Made by a program: the position numbers and the translations under genes | Notes under the pieces: model-generated | Told to the model about the DNA's origin: nothing | Seen by the model: only the letters and a program-made list of their open reading frames with translations | Database searches by the model: none | NCBI RefSeq assembly: GCF_032444005.1 | Contig: NC_091285.1 | Location: 7,905,597 to 7,938,000, forward strand | DNA: 32,404 nucleotides | Direction: 5' to 3' | Source of the DNA: Ranitomeya imitator | Taxonomy: Eukaryota | In this document: positions 10,938-22,263 of the stretch, piece by piece | Numbering within the stretch: position 1 is the first letter of the stretch | Layout: the number at the start of each line of letters is the position of its first letter

Positions 10938-12860
10938 CCCTCTCCAGACCCCTCTGTCACCTCCTCCAGACCCCTGTCCCTTCCTCTAGACCCCTCTGTC
11001 CCCTCCTCCAGACCCCTCTGTCCTCTCCTCCAGACCCTTCTGTCCCCTCCTCCAGACCCCTCTGTCCCCTCCTCTAGACCCCTCTGTCCCCTCCTCCATA
11101 CCCCTTTGTCCCTTCCTCCAGACTCCTCTGTCACCTCCTCCAGACCCCTCTGTCTCTTCCTCCAGACCCCTGTGTCCCCTCCTCCAGACCCCTGTGTCCC
11201 CTCCTCCAGACCCCTCTGTCCCTTCCTCTAGACCCCTCTGTCCCTTCCTCTAGACCCCTCTATCTCCTCCTCCAGACCCCTCTGTCCCTTCCTCTAGACC
11301 CCTCTGTCCCTTCCTCTAGACCCCTCTATCTCCTCCTCTAGACCCCTCTGTCCCCTCCTTCAGACCCATCTGTTCCTTCCTCTATTCCCCTCTGTCCCTT
11401 TCTCCAGACCCCTTTTTCCTTTCCTCTAGACCCCTCTGTCCCTTCCTCTAGACCCCTCTGTCTCCTCCTCTAGACCCCTCTGTCCCCTCCTCCAGACCCC
11501 TCTGTCCTTTCCTCCAGACCCCTCTGTCCCTTCCTCCAGACCCCTCTGTCCCTTCCTCCAGACCCCCCTTTCCTTTCCTCTAGACCCCTCTGTACCTTCC
11601 TCTAGACCCCTCTGTCTCCTCCTCCAGACCCTTCTGTCCCTTCCTCTTGACCCCTCTATCTCCTCCTCCAGACCCCTCTGTCTCCTCCTCCAGACCCCTC
11701 TGTCCCCTCCTCCAGACTCCTCTGTCCCTTCCTCCAGACCCCTCTGTCCCTTCCTCCAGACCCTTTTCCTTTCCTCTAGACCCCTCTATCCCCTCCTCCA
11801 GACCCCTCTGTCCCTTCCTCCAGACCCTTCTGTCCCTTCCTCCAGACCCCTCTATCTCCTCCTCCAGACCCTTCTGTCCCTTCCTCCAGACCCCTCTGTC
11901 CCCTCCTCTAGACCCCTCTGTCCCCTCCTCCATACCCCTTTGTCCCTTCCTCCAGACTCCTCTGTCACCTCCTCCAGACCCCTCTGTCTCTTCCTCCAGA
12001 CCCCTGTGTCCCCTCCTCCAGACCCCTGTGTCCCCTCCTCCAGACCCCTCTGTCCCTTCCTCTAGACCCCTCTGTCCCTTCCTCTAGACCCCTCTATCTC
12101 CTCCTCCAGACCCCTCTGTCCCTTCCTCTAGACCCCTCTGTCCCCTCCTCCAGACCCCTCTGTCCCTTCCTCTAGACCCCTCTGTCACTTTCTCCAGACC
12201 CCTCTTTCCTTTCCTCTAGACCCCTCTGTCCCTTCCTCTAGACCCCTCTGTCTCCTCCTCCAGACCCCTCTGTCCCCTCCTCCAGACCCCTCTGTCCCTT
12301 CCTCTAGACCCCTCTGTCCCCTCCTCCAGACCCCTCTGTTCCTTCCTCTAGACCCCTCTGTCCCTTTCTCCAGACCCCTTTTTCCTTTCCTCTAGACCCC
12401 TCTGTCCCTTCCTCTAGACCCCTCTGTCCCCTCCTCCAGACCCCTCTGTCCCCTCCTCCAGGCCCCTCTGTCCCTTCCTCCAGACCCCTCTGTCTTTTCC
12501 TCCAGACCCCTCTTTCCTTTCCTCTAGACCCCTCTGTCCCTTCCTCTAGACCCCTCTATCTCCTCCTCCAGACCCCTCTGTCCCCTCCTCTAGACCCATC
12601 TGTCCCTTCCTCCAGACCCCTCTATCTCCTCCTCCAGACCCCTTTGTCCCTTCCTCTAGACCCCTCTGTCCCCTCCTCCTGACACCTCTTTCATCTCCTC
12701 CATTCCTCTCTGTCTCCCTTCCTCCAGACCCCTCTGTCTCCTCCTCCAGACCCCTCTGTCGCCTCCTCCAGACTCATCTGTCACTTCCTCCAGACTCATC
12801 TGTCATCTCCTCCAGACCCTTCTGTCCCTTTCTCCAGACCCCTCTGTCCCCAGACTCCTA
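10938..12860 (+). repeat. 22-bp pyrimidine-rich minisatellite (CCAGACCCCTCTGTCCCCTCCT)n
   Basis: 22-bp period, degenerate toward 12670-12860. Confidence 0.96.
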
Positions 12861-12924
12861 TGTTCCATTTTTTCTCCAGATCAAGGTTTCCAAACTCCCC
12901 CCAATTTTTTTCTGGACACCTGGA

Positions 12925-13100
12925 CTTCCGTCATTATGACCATGTGAGGGCTTGTTTTTTGCGGGACGAGTTGTACTTTGAACGACACCATTGGTTTTAA
13001 CATATCGTGTACTAGAAAACGGGAAAAAAATAAAAATACGGGAAAAAAATTCAAAGTGCGGTGAAATTGCAAAAAGAAAAAGTGCAATTCCACAACTTTT
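12925..13100. mobile_element. Probable internal fragment of a frog interspersed DNA-transposon-derived repeat
   Basis: Sequence ttgttttttgcgggacgagttgtac...aagtgcggtgaaattgc resembles anuran repeats from memory only; no termini visible. Confidence 0.3.
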
Positions 13101-13449
13101 TTACCAGTCCACCAATTACTAAGCACAAAAGAATGCCCCACAATATAAACACGGAGGGCCGTGAGAATCAGGAACACCAAAACAAAAAAGTCCTCCAAGA
13201 CAAGTCATATAAAAATGTAATTTTTATTGAATCATGTTAAAACATAATTAAAAAGAGAATAATATTATACAAAAAAGGAACGAAAGGACGCGCAAACATC
13301 GGGCAGCAATATGTAACAGGTCCAAAGAGTAGTGATAAATATATAGAAAATATTGGTAACAAATCACAAAAAGTGATCAGATGAAAAGCACAATATTTAG
13401 AATAAATAGAAAAAAGAGAACATGTGTATGTGGACCCCAAATATTCTAC

Positions 13450-13914
13450 AGGACTGCCGGTATTCTAGGGGCTTATTTCAGCCGAACCCTGAAACCACAT
13501 ACATAAGACAACATTGGCACTGAACACACCACTCAGTTGATACTAGTGCATGGCCATGCAAACCTTTTATAGCTGCAGCAACTACAGGACCTTCCTAGAG
13601 GACCAATGGGAGCTACTGCAGTACCTGAGCATGTGACCCCCGACCTCCAATGAGAGGTCTTACCCTGGGCATGCTCAGAAGGGGAAAAGCAGGACTTAGT
13701 CCCAGAGACGTCTGCTCGCCGCTGACCAGTACTGGCTACAATGGCTGAGCCTGGAAAGGCAGCAGTAATCATCCACACCGTATAAGGCTGAGCTAGATGC
13801 TGGGACCGACGTCTCCACTGAGCAGGCTCCACTGCAGCTGGAGGAGAATGGGAGACCGCAGAGGAAATGGTTTGAGATTCCCCCTGTGCAGAGCTGGGAA
13901 CTCGACCCCTAACA
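13450..13914 (-). mobile_element. Truncated LTR (probably Gypsy-type), 5' end at 13914
   Basis: Minus strand starts TGTTAGGGGTCGAG at 13914 and contains TATAAAAGG (about 13573-13565). It abuts the Tc1 coding fragment exactly. Left boundary approximate; no matching CA end or TSD found. Confidence 0.6.
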
Positions 13915-14130
13915 GAAGATCAGTCAGTGCGAAAAATTGGGCAAACTTTGAAAGTGTCCCCACGTGCAGTGGCAAAAACCATCAAGCGCTACAAAAAAAC
14001 TGGCTCACATGAGGCCCGCCCCAGGAAAGGAAGACCAAGAGTCACCTCTGCTTCTGAGGATAAGTTTATCTGAGTCACCAGCCTCAGAAATCGCAGGTTA
14101 ACAGCAGCTCAGATTAGAGACCAGGTCAAT
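13915..14130 (+). pseudogene. Tc1-family transposase, N-terminal (paired-like/HTH) fragment
   Basis: Translates EDQSVRKIGQTLKVSPRAVAKTIKRYKKTGSHEARPRKGRPRVTSASEDKFI*VTSLRNRRLTAAQIRDQVN, with a GRPR motif and a premature TGA at 14071-14073. Continues in frame at 16172. Confidence 0.92.
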
Positions 14131-15103
14131 CAGAGGCGTAGCTAGAGCTTTTGCCGCCCGGGGCTGTTCCAGAGTTTGGCGCCCCCCCCCCCCCCCCCGG
14201 CTCAATACACACAAAGGTTACCAAAAACGGTTTTCCTGTTTTGTAGAACTTAAACTGGGCCTAATGGTGTCACCCCCACATGCCACACCTGTGACTTAAT
14301 ACCACCACACCATGACCAGGCCACATAGTGACCGAATAATACTACATACAAGGGACAAATACCACAACACCATTTCCAGACCACATATTACCACCACATA
14401 GTGACTGAATACTACAATACTGATCAGTAATAAAAAAAAAACACAATACTATCACCATAAGTGCCAGTATTCACAGGAGATCTGTACTTAGTATGCAGTG
14501 TCTGTGTAGAGGTAATACAGAGATCACTGGTGACATTATACACAGGACCTCTATATAGTATACAGTGTATAGTGTCAGTGTATAGGTAACACTGACTCAC
14601 CAGTGACGTCTCTAGGTGAATTCCTTCATCTTTCATCCAGCACAGACCGCCATCATTCCTTCCAGCCAGGACTCGTTTCTGCAGGAAATAACACAGTTAT
14701 CTCGAGCTCCGCTTGCAGAACACATTACTTAATTTTTCACAACTTCTACATTACATCACATGAAGAAAAAAAGGTGATATAGTGTCACTCTGCACAGTAA
14801 CAGGACCGCCCCCCCCATTTAAAACAGTATACTCAAAAAATAAAATAAATACATCACTGCAGTAATAATATCCCTTAATTAGCCCCTATGGTAATAATAT
14901 TCCCCACCCTGGCCCCGTTTCTCATTCCTGGCTCCAGCCATATGTTCTCGCATCCTGCCCTCATGAGCATCCATTCTACCCCATATGATCTCCACATCCT
15001 GCCCCACCAGCCTCCTTCGTATCCGTCCTGCCCCATGATCCAATCCTGCCCCGTGTCTCCAATCATGCCCCGTATCTACATTCTGCTCATGCCTCAAGTC
15101 CTG

Positions 15104-15750
15104 CCCCCAGTGTGTCCAGCATATTACCCCCATGTTGTCCAGCAATCTGCCCCAGTGTGTCCAGCATATTACCCCCATGTTGTCCAGCAATCTGCCCCAG
15201 TGTGTCCAGCATATTACCCCCAGTGTGTCCAGCAATCTGCCCCAGTATGTCCAGCACTGCCCCCAGTGTGTCCAGCAATCTGCCCCAGTGTCCAGCCTTT
15301 CCCCAGTGTGTCCAGCAATCTGCCCCATGGTCTCCTGTATTGCCCCAGTGTGTCCAGCATTCTGCCACATGGTCTCCTGTATTGCCCCAGTGTGTCCAGC
15401 AATCTGCCCCATGGTCTCCAGTATTGCCCCATTGTGTCCAGCAATCTGCCCCATAGTCTCCTGTATTGCCCCAGTGTGTCCAGCAATCTGCCCCATGGTC
15501 TCATGTATTGCCCCAGTGTGTCCAGCAATCTGCCCCATGGTCTCCTGTATTGCCCCAGTGTGTCCAGCAATCTGCCCCATGGTCTCCAGTATTGCCCCAG
15601 TGTGTCCAGCAATCTGCCCCATGGTCTCCTGTATTGCCCCAGTGTGTCCAGCAATCTGCCCCATGGTCTCCAGTATTGCCCCAGTGTGTCCAGCAATCTG
15701 CCCCATGGTCTCCAGTATTGCCCCAGTGTGTCCAGCATTGCCCCAGCCCC
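15104..15750 (+). repeat. 42-bp tandem repeat inside the hAT element (CCCCAGTGTGTCCAGCAATCTGCCCCATGGTCTCCTGTATTG)n
   Basis: 42-bp period from about 15300; related units of about 22/44 bp from 15104. Confidence 0.93.
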
Positions 15751-15790
15751 AGACAGTCAGACATAAAGAAAAAAAAAAAAAAGTAAAATC

Positions 15791-15972
15791 CTCACCTCTC
15801 CCGTTCCCAGCGCAGGTCCGGTGCAGTCAGCATCTCTCCGGCTCTGCGACGCTCAGGACAGAGAGGCAGAGCGGCGCGCACAGTAGTGACGTCATCGCGC
15901 CCTCTGCTCTGAGACGTCGCAGAGTCAGAGGACGCTGTAGCTGCCGGCGCCGCAGGAACCAGGAGAGGTGAG
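15791..15972. other. Imperfect palindrome of about 180 bp with a central TGACGTCA and outward-facing splice donors
   Basis: CTCACCTCTCC at 15791 and GGAGAGGTGAG ending at 15972 are reverse complements; inner arms GGCTCTGCGACG / CGTCGCAGAGTC; CRE-like palindrome at 15887-15894. Confidence 0.65.
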
Positions 15973-16163
15973 TATAGAGCGGGGGGCGGGGTCCGGTGGT
16001 GGGGGGAGCTGGCCCTGGTCGTGGCGGCGGACGGCGCCGCCCGAAGATTTAAAGGGGCGTCTTTTTTTTTTTTTTTCTTCTCCTGCAGCGCCGGCCGCCC
16101 CCCGCATTGTGCCGCCCGGGGCGGACCGCCCCCCCCCCCCGCACCCCCCTTCCTACGCCACTG

Positions 16164-17097
16164 AGGTCAATGCCACACAGAGTTCTAGCAGCAGACACAT
16201 CTCTACAACAACTGTTAAGAGGAGACTTTGTGCAGCAGGCCTTCATGGTAAAATAGCTGCTAGGAAACCACTGCTAAGGACAGGCAACAAGCAGAAGAGA
16301 CTTGTTTGGGCTAAAGAACACAAGGAATGGACATTAGACCAGTGGAAATCTGTGCTTTGGTCTGATGAGTCCAAATTTGAGATCTTTGGTTCCAACCACC
16401 GTGTCTTTGTGCGACGCAGAAAAGGTGAACGGATGGACTCTACATGCCTGGTTCCCACCGTGAAGCATGGAGGAGGAGGTGTGATGGTGTGGGGGGGCTT
16501 TGCTGGTGACACTGTTGGGGATTTATTCAAAATTGAAGGCATACTGAACCAGCATGGCTACCACAGCATCTTGCAGCGGCATGCACTTCCATCCGGTTTA
16601 CGTTTAGTTGGACCATCATTTATTTTTCAACAGGACAATGACCCCCAAACACCTCCAGGCTGTGTAAGGGCTATTTGACCAAGAAGGAGAGTGATGGGGG
16701 CTACACCAGATGACCTGGCCTCCACAGTCACCAGACCTGAACCCAATCGAGATGGTTTGGGGTGAGCTGGACTGCAGAGTGAAGGCAAAAGGGCCAACAA
16801 GTGCTAAGCATCTCTGGGAACTCCTTCAAGATTGTTGGAAGACCATTCCCGGTGACTACCTCCTGAAGCTCATCAAGAGAATGCCAAGAGTGTGCAAAGC
16901 AGTCATCAAAGCAAAAGGTGGCTACTTTGAAGAACCTAGAATATAAGACATCATTTCAGTTGTTTCACACTTTTTTGTTAAGTATATAATTCCACATGTG
17001 TTAATTCATAGTTTTGATGCCTTCAGTGTGAATGTACAATTTTCATAGTCATAAAAATACAGAAAAATCTTTAAATGAAAAGGTGTGTCCAAACTTT
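16164..17097 (+). pseudogene. Tc1 DD34E transposase, catalytic part plus truncated 3' end
   Basis: WSDESKFEIFG, TVKHGGG, FQQDND and WPPQSPDLNPIE motifs; a frameshift near 16645 splits ORFs 15968-16678 and 16710-16946; stop at 16944-16946. The 3' end stops at GTGTGTCCAAACTTT and runs into (TA)n without the terminal bases. Confidence 0.95.
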
Positions 17098-17601
17098 ATA
17101 TATATATATACAGGAGCTGCAGGGAGCGGAGCCGCCGCCTGTGTCCCCCCATACACTGTACACACTGGATATATATATATACAGGAGCTGCAGGGAGCGG
17201 AGCCGCCGCCTGTGTCCCCCCATACACTGTACACACTGGATATATATATATATATATATATACAGGAGCTGCAGGGAGCGGAGCCGCCGCCTGTGTCCCC
17301 CATACACTGTACACACTGGATATATATATATATATATATATACAGGAGCTGCAGGGAGCGGAGCCGCCGCCTGTGTACCCCCATACACTGTACACACTGG
17401 ATATATATATATATACAGGAGCTGCAGGGAGCGGAGCCGCCGCCTGTGTCCCCCCATACACTGTACACACTGGATATATATATATATATATATACAGGAG
17501 CTGCAGGGAGCGGAGCCGCCGCCTGTGTCCCCCCATACACTGTACACATTGGATATATATATATACAGGACAGGAGCCGCCGCCTGTGTCCCCCCATACA
17601 C

Positions 17602-17664
<63 letters not shown>

Positions 17665-17929
17665 GACAGGAGCTGCAGGGAGCGGAGCCCCCCCCCCTCT
17701 GTACCCCCATACACTGTACACACTGGATATATATATATATATACAGGAGCTGCAGGGAGCGGAGCCGCCGCCTGTGTCCCCCCATACACTGTACACACTG
17801 GATATATATATATACAGGACAGGAGCCGCCACCTGTGTCCCCCCATACACTGTACACACTGGATATATATATATATATATATACAGGAGCTGCAGGGAGT
17901 GGAGCCGCCGCCTGTGTCCCCCCATACAC

Positions 17930-17976
<47 letters not shown>

Positions 17977-18373
17977 GACAGGAGCTGCAGGGAGCGGAGC
18001 CCCCCCCCCTCTGTACCCCCATACACTGTACACACTGGATATATATATATATACAGGAGCTGCAGGGAGCGGAGCCGCCGCCTGTGTCCCCCCATACACT
18101 GTACACACTGGATATATATATATATATACAGGAGCTGCAGGGAGCGGAGCCGCCGCCTGTGTCCCCCCATACAGTGTACACACTGGATATATATATATAC
18201 AGGACAGGAGCCGCCGCCTGTGTCCCCCCATACACTGTACACACTGGATATATATATATATATACAGGACAGGAGCCGCCGCCTGTGTCCCCCCATACAC
18301 TGTACACACTGGATATATATATATATACAGGAGCTGCAGGGAGTGGAGCCGCCGCCTGTGTCCCCCCATACAC

Positions 18374-18420
<47 letters not shown>

Positions 18421-18557
18421 GACAGGAGCTGCAGGGAGCGGAGCCCCCCCCCCTCTGTACCCCCATACACTGTACACACTGGATATATATATATATACAG
18501 GAGCTGCAGGGAGTGGAGCCGCCGCCTGTGTCCCCCCATACACTGTACACACTGGAT

Positions 18558-18627
<70 letters not shown>

Positions 18628-18743
18628 GAGCTGCAGGGAGTGGAGCCGCCGCCTGTGTCCCCCCATACACTGTACACACTGGATATATATATATATACAG
18701 GACAGGAGCCGCCGCCTGTGTCCCCCCATACACTGTACACACT

Positions 18744-18795
<52 letters not shown>

Positions 18796-19201
18796 GAGCT
18801 GCAGGGAGCGGAGCCGCCGCCTGTGTCCCCCCATACACTGTACACACTGGATATATATATATACAGGAGCTGCAGGGAGCGGAGCCGCCGCCTGTGTCCC
18901 CCCATACACTGTACACACTGGATATATATATATACAGGAGCTGCAGGGAGCGGAGCCGCCGCCTGTGTCCTCCCATACACTGTACACACTGGATATATAT
19001 ATATATACAGGAGCTGCAGGGAGCGGAGCCGCCGCCTGTGTCCCCCCATACACTGTACACACTGGATATATATATATATATACAGGAGCTGCAGGGAGCG
19101 GAGCCGCCGCCTGTGTCCCCCCATACACTGTACACACTGGATATATATATATATACAGGACAGGAGCCGCCGCCTGTGTCCCCCCATACACTGTACACAC
19201 T

Positions 19202-19267
<66 letters not shown>

Positions 19268-19467
19268 GAGCTGCAGGGAGCGGAGCCGCCGCCTGTGTCC
19301 CCCATACACTGTACACACTGGATATATATATATACAGGACAGGAGCTGCAGGGAGCGGAGGCCGCCGCCTGTGTCCCCCCATACACTGTACACACTGGAT
19401 ATATATATATACAGGAGCTGCAGGGAGCGGAGCCGCCGCCTGTGTCCCCTCATACACTGTACACACT

Positions 19468-19501
<34 letters not shown>

Positions 19502-19553
19502 GAGCTGCAGGGAGCGGAGCCGCCGCCTGTGTCCCCCATACACTGTACACACT

Positions 19554-19591
<38 letters not shown>

Positions 19592-19643
19592 GAGCTGCAG
19601 GGAGCGGAGCCGCCGCCTGTGTCCCCCATACACTGTACACACT

Positions 19644-19681
<38 letters not shown>

Positions 19682-19733
19682 GAGCTGCAGGGAGCGGAGC
19701 CGCCGCCTGTGTCCCCCATACACTGTACACACT

Positions 19734-19775
<42 letters not shown>

Positions 19776-20035
19776 GACAGGAGCTGCAGGGAGCGGAGGC
19801 CGCCGCCTGTGTCCCCCCATAGACTGTACACACTGGATATATATATATACAGGACAGGAGCTGCAGGGAGCGGAGCCCCCCCCTCTGTACCCCCATACAC
19901 TGTACACACTGGATATATATATATATACAGGAGCTGCAGGGAGCGGAGCCGCCGCCTGTGTCCCCCCATAGACTGTACACACTGGATATATATATATACA
20001 GGACAGGAGCTGCAGGGAGCGGAGGCCGCCGCCTG
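17098..20035 (+). repeat. Composite minisatellite: 59-bp GC-rich core plus variable (TA)n, 36 full units and one partial
   Basis: Core CAGGAGCTGCAGGGAGCGGAGCCGCCGCCTGTGTCCCCCCATACACTGTACACACTGGA followed by TA runs of variable length; units counted by eye. Confidence 0.97.
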
Positions 20036-20414
20036 TGCCTCCTTCCGGCCTCTCAGCAGATCCCCGTCCTCCTCCCATCGTACAATCCGCTTCCTGCCCG
20101 GTACAGATTGTGGTACAGATCCCTGCGGTGGTGACCGGTGCCGGGAATAGAAGGACGAGCTCCCGCAGCAGCTTTATCTCCGGAGACACCCGGTGATGAG
20201 CAGCCCGGGAGGACTATGGGGAGATCCCGGGCCTCCTCCCGGCTCCTTCCTGCCTCCTCCGCCAGTGACGGCTACAGACATGTAGGGAAGATGTCAGGGA
20301 GGAGGCGGACACCGAGACAGCGCGCTCTGCTGTCCGGTCCTGGCCGGTAATGGGCGATCATCCCGGGCAGGGAAGCACAAGGGGAGAGCGGAGCTTCCCT
20401 CGGCTCAGACAGGT

Positions 20415-20503
20415 GGGGCGGGGCTTGTGTCCTGTGTCAGCCAATAGGAGCTCAGGAGGAGGCAGCTCGGCAGCCAATCAGTGCGCAGTGTGACTGTATA
20501 TAT
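20415..20503 (+). promoter_or_regulatory. H1 promoter: GC box, two CCAAT boxes, TATA
   Basis: GGGGCGGGGC 20415-20424; CCAAT 20441 and 20474; TATATAT 20497-20503. Confidence 0.85.
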
Positions 20504-20572
20504 GAGGCGCCTCCATCTCCGTCCTCAGTGTTTTTCTTCCAGTAGATTATTGTGTCAGTTCTTGATTACACG

Positions 20573-21226
20573 ATGGCAGAGACCGCGCCAGCCGCCGCTT
20601 CTCCTCCCGCTGAACCGGCCGCCAAATCCAAGAAGCAGCCGAAGAAAACCGCCGCAGGGGGCGCCAAGAAGAGCAAGAAACCTTCTGGTCCCAGCGTGTC
20701 CGAGCTGATCGTCAAGGCCGTGTCCGCCTCCAAAGAGCGCAGCGGGGTGTCCCTGGCCGCCCTGAAGAAGGCTCTGTCTGCAGGAGGGTACGATGTGGAG
20801 AAGAACAACAGCCGCCTGAAGCTGGCCGTCCGGGGTCTGGTCACCAAGGGCGCCCTCCTCCAGGTGAAGGGCAGCGGCGCCTCCGGCTCATTCAGGCTGA
20901 ACAAGAAGCAGGAGACCAAGGACAAAGTGGCCAAGAAGAAGCCGGCGGCTGCGGCCAAACCCAAGAAACCCGCTGCTGCCAAGAAAGCCGCCAAATCTCC
21001 GAAGAAGCCCAAGAAGGCTCCGACCGCGGCCAAGAAGAGCCCGAAAAAGGCCAAGAAGCCCGCAGCAGCTGCGGCCAAAAAAGCCAAGAGCCCCAAGAAG
21101 CCGAAGGCCGCTCCCAAGCCCAAGAAGGTGACGAAGAGTCCGGCTAAGAAGGTGGCGAAACCCAAAGCTGCCAAGAGTCCGGCTAAGAAGGCGGCTAAAG
21201 CCAAGAAGCCCGCGGCTAAGAAATAA
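20573..21226 (+). CDS. H1: Linker histone H1, replication-dependent type (217 aa)
   Basis: [10 protein letters not shown]-terminus, globular domain [28 protein letters not shown]...[13 protein letters not shown] tail with SPKK motifs; intronless; true ATG at 20573. Confidence 0.97.
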   Translation: MAETAPAAASPPAEPAAKSKKQPKKTAAGGAKKSKKPSGPSVSELIVKAVSASKERSGVSLAALKKALSAGGYDVEKNNSRLKLAVRGLVTKGALLQVKGSGASGSFRLNKKQETKDKVAKKKPAAAAKPKKPAAAKKAAKSPKKPKKAPTAAKKSPKKAKKPAAAAAKKAKSPKKPKAAPKPKKVTKSPAKKVAKPKAAKSPAKKAAKAKKPAAKK

Positions 21227-21255
21227 AAGGAGCCGCCCTGTCCTCATACCACAAA

Positions 21256-21296
21256 GGCTCTTATCAGAGCCACCACCTCCTCCCCGCAGAGCTGTA
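21256..21296 (+). terminator. H1 3' stem-loop and HDE
   Basis: GGCTCT-TATC-AGAGCC 21256-21271, then ACCAC; GCAGAGCTGT 21286-21295. Confidence 0.92.
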
Positions 21297-21376
21297 TGAT
21301 CAGTGCCACCACCTCCTCCCCGCAGAGCTGTATGATCAGTGCCACCACCTCCTCCCCGCAGAGCTGTATGATCAGT
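21269..21376 (+). repeat. Exact triplication of a 36-bp segment holding the H1 cleavage site and HDE
   Basis: GCCACCACCTCCTCCCCGCAGAGCTGTATGATCAGT at 21269, 21305 and 21341. Confidence 0.97.
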
Positions 21377-21624
21377 TCTGGATGCTGGGCGCAGTGTCAG
21401 GGTGGGGGGATGGGTGTGATCTGATGATCACTGTACAGCGCTATACACGGGGACAGCGCAGTGACATCAGCTGCTGCAGTTCTCGCGGGTAACAGATGAT
21501 GTGACCCTATTTGTGTTACAGCAGCGGCAAATGAGTGAACGGAGGAAAGAAGCATCTGGAGGAGGCGGGGTCTGTAGGGGGCGGGATTACTGGGCGGGAG
21601 GCGGAACTGCCTCCTTTGACAATG

Positions 21625-22194
<570 letters not shown>

Positions 22195-22221
22195 ATCTGC
22201 CGGCACAGACCACAACACAAA

Positions 22222-22263
22222 GGCTCTTTTCAGAGCCACCAAATCCTCCCACAGACGAGCTGA
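22222..22263 (+). terminator. H3 3' stem-loop and HDE
   Basis: Canonical GGCTCT-TTTC-AGAGCC 22222-22237 followed by ACCA; GACGAGCTGA 22254-22263. Confidence 0.93.

Larger units (their letters stand above)
14131..16163. mobile_element. Non-autonomous hAT-superfamily element (2033 bp) inserted in the Tc1 ORF
   Basis: TIRs CAGAGGCGTAG (14131) and CTACGCCACTG (ending 16163), one mismatch; exact 8-bp TSD AGGTCAAT (14123-14130 and 16164-16171); subterminal GCCGCCCGGGGC at both ends; no transposase. Confidence 0.9.

Noticed and set aside
14879-15971. Cys/Pro or Gly/His repeat ORFs
   Set aside because: Derived from the 42-bp repeat inside the hAT element.
15968-16678. 236-aa ORF as an intact transposase
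   Set aside because: Its N-terminus is hAT end sequence starting at a splice-donor GTG; the Tc1 part is interrupted, frameshifted and has an upstream stop.
17098-20035. CRISPR-like repeat/spacer appearance
   Set aside because: The variable parts are (TA)n, not unique spacers; the context is eukaryotic with no cas genes.
17032-20189. About 1000-aa YIYIYI ORFs in all six frames
   Set aside because: Stop-free composite repeat; openness in every frame marks an artefact.
20552-20572. Longer H1 start (MSVLDYT) and longer H2B start at 25421
   Set aside because: The H1 extension starts at a non-ATG codon in the 5' leader and the H2B one lies upstream of its TATA box; the canonical ATGs are 20573 and 25508.
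21222-21227. AATAAA overlapping the H1 stop codon as a poly(A) signal
   Set aside because: Arises from Lys-AAA plus TAA and lies upstream of an intact stem-loop/HDE.
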